64,000 nucleotides of DNA from Rhabdothermincola salaria (GCF_021246445.1 NZ_JAJQXW010000001.1:124001-188000), one strand, 5' to 3'; shown: positions 40,591 to 51,234, numbered from the stretch's first letter. Translations and numbers: made by a program. The notes: generated from the sequence alone by a model not told the origin.

Positions 40591-42483
40591 TCAGTCGCGT
40601 AGGTCGCGCAGGAAGGCCTCCGCCTCGGCGCGCTGGCGGGTGCGGCGCATCGGCGGCAGGGCGTTGACGATGTCCCAGCGGTAGCTGGCGTTGGTGGCCA
40701 TGCGGGGGTCGAACACGGCCACCACCCCGCGATCGGTGGCCCCCCGGATGAGGCGGCCCGCCCCCTGGGCCAACAAGGTGGCGGCCCGGGGGAGGTCGAC
40801 GACGCGGAAGGCGTCGGCTCTGGCCCGCTCGCGCCGGGCCTGGAGGAGGGGGTCGTCGGGGCGGGGGAAGGGGAGGCGGTCGATGGTGACCAGGCTCAAC
40901 GTCTCCCCGGGGACGTCGACCCCCTGCCAGAAGCCCATGGTGGCGAACAGGCAGGCCTCGGGTTCAGCGGTGAACCGGGCCACGAGGGCCGCCTTGGGCA
41001 GGTCGTCCTGGGCGAGGATCTCGACGTCGAGGCGGGGGCGCAGCGCCTCGACCGCGGCGTGCAGGGCCCGGTAGCTGGTGAACAGGGCCATGGTGCGGCC
41101 ACCGGCGGCCTCGATGAGCGCCTCGAGCTCGTCGTGCACCCGGTCGTCGAACGTCGCCGAACGGGGGTCGGGCAGGTGGGCCGAGCAGTACAGCAGCGCC
41201 TGGTGCTCGTAGTCGAAGGGGCTGCCCACGTCGACGACGGTGAAGCCGGCGTCGGGCAGGCCCACCCGCTCCGGGAGGGTGGCGGGCAGGGTGGCGCTGG
41301 TGAGCACGGCCGTGGTGGTGGACCACAGCGACTCGCGCAGCAGCTCGGCGACGTCGACGGGTGCGACCCGCAGGACGGGGTTCTCGGGCGGGCCCTCCAC
41401 CCAGGCCACCTCGCCCGGACGGACCTCGGCCACCGCATCGAGGTCGTCGACCAGCCCGGTGGCCGCCTTCATCGCCCGCTGCTTGCGCGCCCCCACGTCG
41501 CCGGGGCCGTCCTCGGCCACGCCGCGCAGCGCGGCCATCACCAGGTCCATGCGGTTCCGGGCGAGATCGCGAACCACGGCCGCGTCGCCGTCCAGGCGCC
41601 CCCGGAGCCGGCGCCCTCGCTCCTCGACGAGGGCGCTCTTCCAGCGATCGCCCAGCTCGTCGAGGCCGTCGACCATCTCGCGGTCGTCGATGATGGCCCC
41701 CACCGATCGGGCCAGGGCGACGAAGCGGCCGCCGGTGATCTCGAGGCCGGCGGTGGCCGCCACCGTGTCCTCGAGCTGGTGGGCCTCGTCGACCACGAGC
41801 ACGTCGTGCTCGGGCAGCACCGCCCCGCCCGTGGCCAGGTGCAGCCCGTAGAGGTGGGTGTTCACCACCACCACGTCGGCGGCGGCCGCCGCCCGCCGGG
41901 CTCGCTCGGCGAAGCACTCGTCGCCCTTGGGGCAGTGGCCCGCGCCCGGGCACTCGCGCGGACCGACGCTCACCGCCGACCAGGCCCGCACCGAGGGTTC
42001 ACGGTCGAGCTCGGCCCGATCGCCGGATTCGGTGGCGGCGGCCCACGCCACCAGCGCCGCCAGCTCCTCGCGCGGCGGGCGCGGGCCGACGTCGAGGGCC
42101 AGCTGGTCCTCCGAGGCGAGCTCCCGGATGCGCTGGAGGCACACGTAGTTGGAGCGCCCCTTGAGCACCGCCCACTCGACCGGTCGGTCGAGGTGCTCAC
42201 CGAGGAAGGGCAGGTCCTTGTCGGCCAGCTGGTCCTGGAGCGCCTTGGTGGCGGTGGTGACCACGACCTTGCGGCCCGAGAGGACCGCCGGAACGAGGTA
42301 GGCGAACGTCTTGCCGGTGCCGGTGCCGGCCTGGACCACCAAGTGGCGCTCGTCGGCGATGGCGGCGGCCACCGCTTCGGCCATGGCGACCTGCCCGGGT
42401 CGGGGCTCGCCGGCGGGGAGGGCGTCGGTGATCGAGGCCAACGCCGCTCTCGTGGCGCGGGAGAGGCGGTCTGCGGGGGCCAT
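40591..42483 (-). CDS. dinG: DinG family ATP-dependent DNA helicase
   Basis: RPGQ, QAGTGTGKT, KGRSNYVC, Fe-S Cys cluster, DEAH, TSAT, GVDVPG, QGAGRLIR. Confidence 0.93.
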   Translation of the reverse strand: MAPADRLSRATRAALASITDALPAGEPRPGQVAMAEAVAAAIADERHLVVQAGTGTGKTFAYLVPAVLSGRKVVVTTATKALQDQLADKDLPFLGEHLDRPVEWAVLKGRSNYVCLQRIRELASEDQLALDVGPRPPREELAALVAWAAATESGDRAELDREPSVRAWSAVSVGPRECPGAGHCPKGDECFAERARRAAAAADVVVVNTHLYGLHLATGGAVLPEHDVLVVDEAHQLEDTVAATAGLEITGGRFVALARSVGAIIDDREMVDGLDELGDRWKSALVEERGRRLRGRLDGDAAVVRDLARNRMDLVMAALRGVAEDGPGDVGARKQRAMKAATGLVDDLDAVAEVRPGEVAWVEGPPENPVLRVAPVDVAELLRESLWSTTTAVLTSATLPATLPERVGLPDAGFTVVDVGSPFDYEHQALLYCSAHLPDPRSATFDDRVHDELEALIEAAGGRTMALFTSYRALHAAVEALRPRLDVEILAQDDLPKAALVARFTAEPEACLFATMGFWQGVDVPGETLSLVTIDRLPFPRPDDPLLQARRERARADAFRVVDLPRAATLLAQGAGRLIRGATDRGVVAVFDPRMATNASYRWDIVNALPPMRRTRQRAEAEAFLRDLRD

Positions 42484-42554
42484 GAGGCGATGCAGCGTAC
42501 CGCCCGGCCGAGCGGGTGCCGGGAGGTGGCGGGGGGCAGCGGTAACCTCCGGCC

Positions 42555-43274
42555 GTGTCCGTCGCCGACCTCGACCCCTCTCGCATCCCGCGCCACATCG
42601 CCGCGGTGATGGACGGCAACGGGCGCTGGGCCCAACGTCGAGGGCTCAAGCGCACCGAGGGCCACGCCGCCGGCGAGGAGGCCCTGTTCGACACCGTCGA
42701 GGGGGCTCTGGAGCTCGGCATCGACTGGCTCACGGTCTACGCCTTCTCCACCGAGAACTGGCGCCGCCCCCGCGACGAGGTCCGCTACCTCATGGGCTTC
42801 AACGAGTCGCTGCTGGTGCGCCGGCGCGACGAGCTGAACGAGCGAGGGGTTCGCATCCGCTTCGTCGGACGGCGCGACTGGCGGGTGCCGAAGCGGCTCC
42901 TGCGGCGCATGGACGAGTCCATCGAGCTCACCCGTGACAACCGCACCCTCACGTTGACGATCGCCTTCAACTACGGCGGGCGAGCCGAGATCGTCGACGC
43001 GGTGCGAGCGCTCGTCGCCGAGGGGGTCCCCGCCGACAAGATCGACGAGCGGGCCATCGCCCGACGCCTCTACGACCCCGAGATGCCCGACCCCGATCTG
43101 GTGGTGCGCACGTCGGGGGAGTACCGGCTGTCCAACTTCTTGTTGTGGGAGGCGGCCTACAGCGAGCTCGTCTTCACCGACGTGCTGTGGCCCGACTTCC
43201 GACGCGAGCACCTCTTCGCCGCAGTTCGCCAGTTCCAGGAGCGCGACCGCCGCTTCGGCGGCCTCAACGAGTGA
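42555..43274 (+). CDS. uppS: Undecaprenyl/polyprenyl diphosphate synthase
   Basis: HIAAVMDGNGRWA, YAFSTENWRRP, NYGGRAE, RTSGEYRLSNFLLW, RRFGG. Confidence 0.96.
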   Translation: MSVADLDPSRIPRHIAAVMDGNGRWAQRRGLKRTEGHAAGEEALFDTVEGALELGIDWLTVYAFSTENWRRPRDEVRYLMGFNESLLVRRRDELNERGVRIRFVGRRDWRVPKRLLRRMDESIELTRDNRTLTLTIAFNYGGRAEIVDAVRALVAEGVPADKIDERAIARRLYDPEMPDPDLVVRTSGEYRLSNFLLWEAAYSELVFTDVLWPDFRREHLFAAVRQFQERDRRFGGLNE

Positions 43275-43293
43275 TGGCGGGGGTGCCACGACC

Positions 43294-44019
43294 GTGAGCA
43301 AGGGCACCCTGCACCGCGACGAGGGCATCGTGCTGCGCACCTACAAGTTGGGTGAGGCCGATCGCATCGTGGTGCTGCTCACCCGGGGGCGAGGCAAGGT
43401 CCGGGCGGTGGCCAAGGGCGTGCGCAAGACGCGATCGAAGTTCGGGGCCCGCCTCGAGCCCACCAGCCACATCGCCGTGCAGCTCTACGAGGGACGTGAG
43501 CTCGACATCGTCACCCAGGCCGACAGCCTCGACCACTTCCGCGCCATCCGTGACGACCTCGACCGCATCACCCGGGCGGTGTCGATGCTCGAGACCACCG
43601 ACCAGCTGGCCCAGGAGGGGGAGGTGAACCCCCGGCTCTTCCAGATGCTGCTCGGAGCGCTGCGCACCCTCGCTGCCTCGGACTCCCCCCTGGTGGTGCC
43701 CGCCTTCTTCTGGAAGGTGCTCGCCCTCGAGGGCTACCGCCCGGAGGTCGACACGTGTGCGATCTGCGGCGACGACGCGGCCCTGGTCGCCTTCGACCTC
43801 GAGAGCGGGGGCACGCTGTGCCGCGGCTGTCGGCGGGGCACCGCGTTGTCGGGCGACGCCGTGGACCTCATGCAACAGATCCTGGGCGGTCGGCTCAACG
43901 AGGCCCTGGCCGAGGCGCCGTCGGCCGCCACCAACGAGGTGGACCATCTGGCGACGCGCGCGGTCGAGCACCACCTCGAGCGGCGGCTGCGTTCGGTCAC
44001 GGTGCTCGACCGCCACTGA
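43294..44019 (+). CDS. recO: DNA repair protein RecO
   Basis: GIVLRTYKLGEADRIV, AKGVRKTRSKFG, Zn finger CAICG...CRGC. Confidence 0.95.
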   Translation: MSKGTLHRDEGIVLRTYKLGEADRIVVLLTRGRGKVRAVAKGVRKTRSKFGARLEPTSHIAVQLYEGRELDIVTQADSLDHFRAIRDDLDRITRAVSMLETTDQLAQEGEVNPRLFQMLLGALRTLAASDSPLVVPAFFWKVLALEGYRPEVDTCAICGDDAALVAFDLESGGTLCRGCRRGTALSGDAVDLMQQILGGRLNEALAEAPSAATNEVDHLATRAVEHHLERRLRSVTVLDRH

Positions 44020-44064
44020 ACCGCCGGCCGGCAGTTCAGTGGCGGTCGGTCGTTGGCGACTGCG

Positions 44065-44547
44065 CTACTGCAGGAGGCTGCGCAGCATCCAGGCCGCCTT
44101 CTCGTGCACCTGCATGCGCTGGGTGAGCAGGTCGGCGGTGGGCTGGTCGCCGGCGGCGTCGGCCACCAGGAACACCTCGCGGGCGGTGCGGGCCACGGTC
44201 TCCTGGCCCTCCACGAGGCGTCGGATCATGGTGGTGGCATCGGGGCTGTCGGTCTCCTCGGTGATGCTCGAGAGCTCCGAGAAGGCGTGGTAGCTGCCTG
44301 GTGCGGCGGCGCCGAGGGCCCGGATGCGCTCGGCGATGAGATCCACGGCCAGCGCCAGCTCGTTGTACTGCGTCTCGAACATGAGGTGCAGCGTCTGGAA
44401 CATGGGACCGGTGACGTTCCAGTGGTAGTTGTGGGTCTTCAGGTACAGCGTGTAGGTGTCGGCCAGCAGGCGCGACAGCCCCTGGGCGATCTCCTCGCGC
44501 TGAGCGGCGGGGATGCCGATGTCGATGTTCGGGTCAACGGTCGTCAC
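44065..44547 (-). CDS. dps: Dps (DNA starvation/stationary phase protection) protein
   Basis: [41 protein letters not shown]. Confidence 0.96.
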   Translation of the reverse strand: MTTVDPNIDIGIPAAQREEIAQGLSRLLADTYTLYLKTHNYHWNVTGPMFQTLHLMFETQYNELALAVDLIAERIRALGAAAPGSYHAFSELSSITEETDSPDATTMIRRLVEGQETVARTAREVFLVADAAGDQPTADLLTQRMQVHEKAAWMLRSLLQ

Positions 44548-44681
44548 GGTGGTCTTCCTCTGCTTCGGGGATGGGGTCGGTGCCGGTTCCCGGTGGCGGG
44601 GCGGCGAGTGTCGGCGAGAGGGCCGCCCCAGACGGACGGGCAGTCCCCGAGCGGGCCGGCGGGAGGAGAGGGAACCCTTGA

Positions 44682-44752
44682 AGTCTCCTCCGGTCGCGGA
44701 TCAGTGTCCAAGCAATCATGACGCGGCCACCGATAGTCGTCGCCTATCGGTG
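44682..44752 (-). promoter_or_regulatory. dps promoter with upstream OxyR/LysR-type box
   Basis: TGGACA-17-GAGACT (44710-44682); CACCGATAG-N7-CTATCGGTG (44728-44752) contains ATAG-N7-CTAT. Confidence 0.6.
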
Positions 44753-44808
44753 CCGGTCAGGGGAAGCCCGGCCCGGTCGGTGTGGGTGGCTCGGGCGCCG
44801 GGGGACGC

Positions 44809-45375
44809 TCAGTCCTCGAGCGCGCTCCAGGTGCCGGCCGACTCGTCGAAGACCTGGCGTCGGCCGGAGGCGGGGTCGGTTCGCACATAGGCCTGGCGGT
44901 CGTCGTCCCACACCGGCTCCGGGTCGGCCGTCTCGGTCGGCGCGCCGGGAGGCCGTCCCACCTCGTCGGCGGTGACCACCCAGGTGCCCGCCCACCGATC
45001 GCCGAGGCGACGTTGGTCGGCGTTGGTGAAGATCATGATGAAACCGACCAGGGGCAGGCAGTAGGGGAAGCCGTCGACCAACCAGGCCACCCACCGCACG
45101 GCGGCCTTTCCGGTGCCGCACGGTTGGCCGGTGGCGTCGACCACCCGGAGCCCGACCATCTGCTTGCCCGGCGAGGCCCCCGTGCGACCCTGCCACCAGA
45201 CCCAGGCCGCCAGCTCGTAGGCCAGCACGACGAGGCCGGCCAGCCCGGCCACCCTGCGCAGCACGAGGCCGGCCACGATGGCGATCACCACCACGATGGC
45301 GACGTCGATGATGGCGGCACCCACGCGGCGCCACAACAGGTCCGGGGTGTCGGCGGGGGCGATCGACTCGGTCAT
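44809..45375 (-). CDS. RDD family protein
   Basis: WRRVGAAIID, GASPGK, QRRLGDRWAGT. Confidence 0.9.
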   Translation of the reverse strand: MTESIAPADTPDLLWRRVGAAIIDVAIVVVIAIVAGLVLRRVAGLAGLVVLAYELAAWVWWQGRTGASPGKQMVGLRVVDATGQPCGTGKAAVRWVAWLVDGFPYCLPLVGFIMIFTNADQRRLGDRWAGTWVVTADEVGRPPGAPTETADPEPVWDDDRQAYVRTDPASGRRQVFDESAGTWSALED

Positions 45376-45445
45376 CGGGGTCCTCCTCGAGCAGGAGGTC
45401 CCATCTTGGCCGCTCCCCCTGCCCGGCGGTGCGGATCGCGTCGGG

Positions 45446-46420
45446 TCACCGGGGTCCGACCGGCCGCCAACGACGCTGTACGAGGTCGTACTGCAACCAG
45501 CGCTGGGTGGCCTGGTCGAACTGCAGCCACTCACGGCGACGGGCGTCCCAGGCCATGTAGGCGCGGCGCTCGGGGTTCCACACCGCAGTGGGCGACGGAG
45601 CCGCCGGCGGCGAGATGGGGGCCTCCGGCACGACGGGTGCCGCCGCCGGTGGGGGAGTGGGCGGCACCTGGCGGGTCGGGGGGCCGGACGGGGCCGGACA
45701 GCCCGCGGTCGCCGGGGCTGCGGGACGCGGTGGCGTCGGCGGGCCAGGAGCCGGGCTTCGGGCCGGGGTCGATCCCGGCGGCGACCAGCCGGTCGGTGTC
45801 GGGGCCGGCCATCCCGCCGGCGGGGGCGGGGCGACCGGACGGCCCGGTGGGTCCGGTGGGGCCGGCGCAGTGGGCGGCGCGGTTGCGGTGCGGGTGCCGG
45901 GGACGAGGACGGGGTGGCCCATCCGGCCGGCGTCGATGGCGTAGCTGCGCGCGGCCATGTCGCCCACCCGTCGGTGGTCCCTGGTGACGAACATGGTGAT
46001 CAGCCCGACCAGGGGGAGGCAGCACGGGAAGTAGTCGACCACCCCGGCCACCGAGCGCACGAGGGCGTTGGCCGGCCCCAACGGGCGCCCGTCGGCCCCG
46101 ACCACGGCCACGCCGAGCAGCAACGTCCCCACGGTGCGCCCCGTGAACCCCCGCTGGAGCACGAAGACACCGACGGCGTAGGCCAGCAACCAGCTGTAGA
46201 AGGCGACCGCTCCGAGCCCGTCGAGCTGCTGAGAGACCACGAGCTCGCGGGTGACGGTGTCGAAGCGGTAGACCTCCTCGCTCAGCACCGCGAAGAGCGG
46301 GATCGAGATGACCGCTGCGATGCCGACGTCGATGACGGCGGCGATGGCCCGCTTCCATGACACGTCGGTGGGGTCGGGGGCCTCGGGGCCGGTGTCCGGA
46401 GGGGTCGGCAGGGCGCTCAC
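45446..46420 (-). CDS. RDD family protein with Pro-rich linker
   Basis: WKRAIAAVID, GRTVG, HRRVGDMAARS. Confidence 0.88.
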   Translation of the reverse strand: MSALPTPPDTGPEAPDPTDVSWKRAIAAVIDVGIAAVISIPLFAVLSEEVYRFDTVTRELVVSQQLDGLGAVAFYSWLLAYAVGVFVLQRGFTGRTVGTLLLGVAVVGADGRPLGPANALVRSVAGVVDYFPCCLPLVGLITMFVTRDHRRVGDMAARSYAIDAGRMGHPVLVPGTRTATAPPTAPAPPDPPGRPVAPPPPAGWPAPTPTGWSPPGSTPARSPAPGPPTPPRPAAPATAGCPAPSGPPTRQVPPTPPPAAAPVVPEAPISPPAAPSPTAVWNPERRAYMAWDARRREWLQFDQATQRWLQYDLVQRRWRPVGPR

Positions 46421-46505
46421 CGCGCCATCATCGCCCAACGCCGCAGTGCCTCGTCGACGAGAACCCGGTCGGGGGTCCCGGGGGCCACCACTAGGCTCTG
46501 CCGCC

Positions 46506-47870
46506 ATGTCCGAGCCCGCCGAAACGACCTCCGACGACGCCCCCCGCCCCATCGAGGTCCTCAACGATCCCACCCTCATGGAGAAGATCGTCAACCTCTC
46601 CAAGCGCCGCGGGTTCGTCTTCCCCTCGGCGGAGATCTACGGCGGCTTCCGGTCCACCTACGACTACGGGCCCATCGGCGTGCTGCTGCTGCGCAACGTC
46701 AAGGACGCGTGGTGGCGGTCGATGGTGCAGATGCGCGACGACGTGGTCGGCCTCGACGCCGCCATCCTGTCGCCGCCGGCGATCTGGGAGGCCTCGGGCC
46801 ACCTCAAGAACTTCACCGACCCCCTCGTCGACTGCAAGGAGTGCCACGAGCGCTTCCGCGAGGACCAGCTCGAGGACCCCAACACCTGCCCCAACTGCGG
46901 CGCCACCGGCAGCTTCACCGAGGCCCGCCAGTTCAACCTGATGTTCAAGACCAACGCCGGGCCGGTGGAGTCCGACTCGGCCGTGGCCTACCTGCGCCCG
47001 GAGACGGCCCAGGGCATGTTCATCAACTTCGCCAACGTGTTGAACGCCAGCCGCAAGAAGCCGCCGTTCGGCATCGCCCAGATCGGCAAGTCCTTCCGCA
47101 ACGAGATCACGCCCGGCAACTTCGTGTTCCGCACCCGCGAGTTCGAGCAGATGGAGCTCGAGTTCTTCGTGCCGCCCGAGGAGGCCGACCAGTGGTACGA
47201 GTACTGGTGCCAGCAGCGCTACCAGTGGTACGTCGACCTCGGCATCCCCGAGGACAAGCTGCGGATGCGGCCCCACGACCCCGACGAGCTGAGCCACTAC
47301 TCCTCGGGCACCTCCGACGTGGAGTTCCTGTTCCCGTGGGGCTGGGGCGAGCTCGAAGGCGTCGCCAACCGGGGTGACTACGACCTCACCCAGCACGCCA
47401 CCCACTCGGGCGAGAAGCTCGACTTCTTCGACCAGGCCACCAACACCCGCTACACCCCCCACGTCATCGAGCCCGCCGCCGGCGCGACCCGCACGATGAT
47501 GGCCTTCCTCCTCTCTGCCTACGACGAGGAAGAGGTTCGGGGCGAGGTGCGCACCGTGCTGCGCCTGCACCACCGTCTGGCCCCCTACAAGGTCGCGGTG
47601 CTGCCGTTGTCCAAGAAGGACACCCTCACCCCGCTCGCCCGCGAGGTGCTCGGTCTGCTGCAGCCGTCGTTCATGTGCGACTACGACGAGACCCAGGCCA
47701 TCGGGCGCCGCTACCGCCGCCAGGACGAGTTGGGCACCCCCTACTGCGTGACCGTCGACTTCGACAGCCTCGACGACCGCGCCGTCACCGTCCGCGAGCG
47801 CGACACCATGGCCCAGGAGCGTGTCGCCGTCGACGAACTGGTCGGCTACCTCGCCACCCGCCTGGCCTGA
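46506..47870 (+). CDS. glyQS: Glycine--tRNA ligase (alpha2 dimeric type)
   Basis: KRRGF, EIYGG, YDYGP, YLRPETAQG, SFRNEITP, FRTREFEQME, IGRRYRRQDE. Confidence 0.97.
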   Translation: MSEPAETTSDDAPRPIEVLNDPTLMEKIVNLSKRRGFVFPSAEIYGGFRSTYDYGPIGVLLLRNVKDAWWRSMVQMRDDVVGLDAAILSPPAIWEASGHLKNFTDPLVDCKECHERFREDQLEDPNTCPNCGATGSFTEARQFNLMFKTNAGPVESDSAVAYLRPETAQGMFINFANVLNASRKKPPFGIAQIGKSFRNEITPGNFVFRTREFEQMELEFFVPPEEADQWYEYWCQQRYQWYVDLGIPEDKLRMRPHDPDELSHYSSGTSDVEFLFPWGWGELEGVANRGDYDLTQHATHSGEKLDFFDQATNTRYTPHVIEPAAGATRTMMAFLLSAYDEEEVRGEVRTVLRLHHRLAPYKVAVLPLSKKDTLTPLAREVLGLLQPSFMCDYDETQAIGRRYRRQDELGTPYCVTVDFDSLDDRAVTVRERDTMAQERVAVDELVGYLATRLA

Positions 47871-47914
47871 TCCGGTCGGCGCCGCCGGGGTCTCGGTCCC
47901 ATAGGGTGCCTGCC

Positions 47915-48691
47915 GTGACGAGCGAGACGACCGACACCGACGACCTGGCCGGGATGATCGACCGTGGTGGCTACACCGCCGTGCTGTTCGACCTCGACGG
48001 CGTGCTCACCGAGACCGCAGCCGTCCACGCCAAGGCGTGGCGGCAGATGTTCGACGAGTTCCTCCGCTCGTGGTCCGCCGACCACGGCGAGGACTTCGTG
48101 CCCTTCGACCTCGAACGCGACTACCCGACCTACCTCGACGGCAAGCCTCGCTACGACGGCGTGCGCAGCTTCCTCGCCTCACGTGGCATCACCCTCCCCG
48201 ACGGCGACCCCACCGACCCACCCGACGCCCTCACCGTCTCCGGGCTCGGCAACCGCAAGAACGACCTGGTGCAGGACATCCTCTCCAGTGAAGGCGCCTC
48301 CGCCTTCCCCGGATCGGTCCGGCTGCTGCACCACGTACGCCAGATCGGCCTCAAGACGGCCGTGGTGTCGTCGTCGAAGAACTGCGAGGCAGTCATCGAG
48401 GCGGCCGGCATCGCCGACCAGTTCGACGCCCGCGTCGACGGCATCGATGTCGAGGAGGGTGGCATCGCCGGGAAGCCGGCACCCGACACGTTCCTGGAGG
48501 CCGCCCGGCGGCTCGGCGTCGACGCCGCCACCTCGGTGGTGTTCGAGGACGCCCTGGCCGGTGTCGCGGCCGGCCGGGCCGGGCACTTCGGCCTCGTCGT
48601 CGGAGTCGATCGCGCCGACCAGGCCGACGCCCTGCGCGACCACGGCGCCGACGTCGTGGTGGAGGACCTGGCGGAGCTCCTGCCGCGATGA
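47915..48691 (+). CDS. Beta-phosphoglucomutase family HAD hydrolase
   Basis: FDLDGVLT, DGKPRYDGVRSFL, SSSKN, GKPAPD, FEDA; ATGA overlap with GH65. Confidence 0.9.
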   Translation: MTSETTDTDDLAGMIDRGGYTAVLFDLDGVLTETAAVHAKAWRQMFDEFLRSWSADHGEDFVPFDLERDYPTYLDGKPRYDGVRSFLASRGITLPDGDPTDPPDALTVSGLGNRKNDLVQDILSSEGASAFPGSVRLLHHVRQIGLKTAVVSSSKNCEAVIEAAGIADQFDARVDGIDVEEGGIAGKPAPDTFLEAARRLGVDAATSVVFEDALAGVAAGRAGHFGLVVGVDRADQADALRDHGADVVVEDLAELLPR

Positions 48692-51132
48692 GCACCGACG
48701 AGCCTTCCGAGCGCGCCCCCTCACCACGAGGTGGCGCCACCCGCAGCACCTTCGGTGAGCCGGCCGGAGCGTCCACCGTCGGGGCCCCTCCGGAGTACCC
48801 GGTCGAGGGCTGGCACATCCGTGAGACCGACTTCGATCTCGACGCCCTGCCCCAGAGCGAGACCATCTTCTCGGTCTCCAACGGCTTCCTTGGGCTGCGC
48901 GGCAACCTCGAGGAGGGTGCCCCGGCCTTCGAGCGGGGCACCTACGTCAACGGCTTCTACGAGTCGCGGCCCATCGTCTATCCGGAGGCGGCCTACGGCT
49001 ACGCCACCGACGACCAGGCCATGCTCAACGTCACCGACGGCAAGATGATCACCCTCACCGTCGACGGTGAGCCCTTCGACGTCACCACCGGCGAGCTCAT
49101 CGAGCACAACCGGGTGCTCGACCTGCGCCGTGGCTTCGTCGGGCGCGAGGTGGTCTGGGAGTCACCCTCGGGCCGCCGGGTCTCGGTGCGCACCCGTCGC
49201 CTGGTCTCGCTCACCCAGGCCCACCTGGCCTGCATGGAGTACGAGGTGGAGGCGCTCGGTCCCGAGGCCGACGGGCCCATGACCATCGAGATCACCTCCC
49301 AGCTCGTGGCCAACGAGAGCGATCGGCGCCACTCCGACGATCCTCGCGAGATGGCCGCCTACTGGGGGCAGGTGCTCCTGCCCGTGTGGGGCCACGCCGA
49401 GGGCGAGCGCATCGGCCTGGGCCACCGGGTCGAGCGCGCCGAGCTCGCCGTGTTCTGCCTCACCGACCACGTGGTGACGGCTCACGTCGACCACGAGGCC
49501 GCCACCACCCGCGACGACGACTCGCGCATCGACCGCACCTACACGTTCCGGCTCTCGTCGGGCCAGACCGCCCACCTGCGCAAGTACCTCGTGTACGCCA
49601 CGGGGCCGGCGTCGGACAGCGACGCCATGCCGGCGCGGGTCGCCACGCTCATGGACGACGCGGTCGAGCACACCTTCGACGACCTGCTCGACACCCAGGT
49701 CAACCGCCTCGACGCGTTCTGGCGCGAGTGCCACATCGACATCGTGGGCGACGACTCGCTGCGCCAGGCCGTGCGGTTTGCGCTGTTCCAGGTCCTGCAG
49801 TCGTCCGCCCTCACGTCGTCCAACGGCATCCCGGCCAAGGGCCTCACCGGGCAGGGCTATGGGGGGCACTACTTCTGGGACATGGAGGTCTACGTCCTCC
49901 ACGTCCTCACCTACCTCTCGCCCGGCCAGGCACGCGAATCGCTCCTGTTCCGGCACGCCACCCTCGACCGGGCCCGGGCGCGAGCGCGCGAGCTGTCCAA
50001 GCCGGGCGCCATGTTCCCGTGGCGCACCATCAACGGCGACGAGGCGTCGTCGTTCTTCCCGGCCGGCACCGCCGAGTACCACATCAACGCCGACGTGGCC
50101 TACGCCGTGCGCCACTACGCCGAGGTCACCGGCGACGACGAGTTCCTCTTCGCCGAGGGCGCCGAGCTGTTGGCCGAGACGGCCCGCCTGTGGATCGGCC
50201 TCGGCTTCTACAACCCCAGCCGGGGCGGAGCCTTCTGCATCGACGCGGTCACCGGCCCCGACGAGTACACGGCGCTGGTCGACAACAACACGTTCACCAA
50301 CCTCATGGCCCAGTCGAACCTGGCCTCCGCCGCCGACGTCGTCGAGCGCATGGCGGTCGAGGCGCCCGCAGCGCTCGAGGCCCTACGCCAGTCGATCGGC
50401 CTCGGCGAGGACGAACCGGGGGCGTGGCGAGCGGCGGCCGAGGCCATGTACGTGCACTTCGACGAGGAGCGGGGCCTGCACGGACAGGACGACTCTTTCC
50501 TCGACAAGCAGCCGTGGGACTTCGAGAACACCCCGGCGGAGAACTTCCCGCTGCTGTTGCACTACCACCCGCTCGACCTCTACCGGTCCCAGGTGATCAA
50601 GCAGGCGGATCTGGTGATGGCGATGTTCCTGCGCGGCGATGCCTTCACCGACGAGCAGAAGGCGGCGAACTTCGCCTACTACGACCCCATCACCACGGCC
50701 GACTCGTCCTTGTCGATGTGCATCCAGGCCATCCTGGCGGCCGAGGTCGGCGACCTCGACAAGGCCTGGGCCTACACCCAGCGCACCGCCCTGACCGATC
50801 TGCACAACGTGCAGCACAACGTGCACGACGGCGTGCACATCGCGTCGCAGGCCGGCACCTGGATGGCCCTGGCCTGTGGCTTCGGTGGGCTGCGCAACGT
50901 CGGCGGGGTGCTGCACTTCCGGCCCCGGATGCCGCCGGACCTCGAGGCGCTCGGCTTTCGGTGTCGAGCCGACGGCGCGGTCGTGGAGCTGTCGATGACC
51001 ACCCACTGGGTCACCTACACGCTCGTGTCGGGCACCCGTCTCGAGATCCTCCACGACGGCCAGCCGTTCACCCTCCTGCCCGGGGAGCCGCTGCACCTCA
51101 ACTGGGACGAGGCGGCCCGCTCCGGCTCGTGA
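48688..51132 (+). CDS. Glycoside hydrolase family 65 (trehalose/maltose/kojibiose phosphorylase-like)
   Basis: NGFLGLRG, PAKGLTG, GHYFWDME, FPWRTING, TGPDEY, KQAD, DSSLS. Confidence 0.93.
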   Translation: MSTDEPSERAPSPRGGATRSTFGEPAGASTVGAPPEYPVEGWHIRETDFDLDALPQSETIFSVSNGFLGLRGNLEEGAPAFERGTYVNGFYESRPIVYPEAAYGYATDDQAMLNVTDGKMITLTVDGEPFDVTTGELIEHNRVLDLRRGFVGREVVWESPSGRRVSVRTRRLVSLTQAHLACMEYEVEALGPEADGPMTIEITSQLVANESDRRHSDDPREMAAYWGQVLLPVWGHAEGERIGLGHRVERAELAVFCLTDHVVTAHVDHEAATTRDDDSRIDRTYTFRLSSGQTAHLRKYLVYATGPASDSDAMPARVATLMDDAVEHTFDDLLDTQVNRLDAFWRECHIDIVGDDSLRQAVRFALFQVLQSSALTSSNGIPAKGLTGQGYGGHYFWDMEVYVLHVLTYLSPGQARESLLFRHATLDRARARARELSKPGAMFPWRTINGDEASSFFPAGTAEYHINADVAYAVRHYAEVTGDDEFLFAEGAELLAETARLWIGLGFYNPSRGGAFCIDAVTGPDEYTALVDNNTFTNLMAQSNLASAADVVERMAVEAPAALEALRQSIGLGEDEPGAWRAAAEAMYVHFDEERGLHGQDDSFLDKQPWDFENTPAENFPLLLHYHPLDLYRSQVIKQADLVMAMFLRGDAFTDEQKAANFAYYDPITTADSSLSMCIQAILAAEVGDLDKAWAYTQRTALTDLHNVQHNVHDGVHIASQAGTWMALACGFGGLRNVGGVLHFRPRMPPDLEALGFRCRADGAVVELSMTTHWVTYTLVSGTRLEILHDGQPFTLLPGEPLHLNWDEAARSGS

Positions 51133-51234
51133 CGTTTCAGGGAGGTCCGATCACCAGGAGGTCGGACGGGCGGGGCGCCTCCACCTCGACGGGAGGGACG
51201 CGCTGGGCTCGGGCAGGGGCCTAGATCGAGTGGA

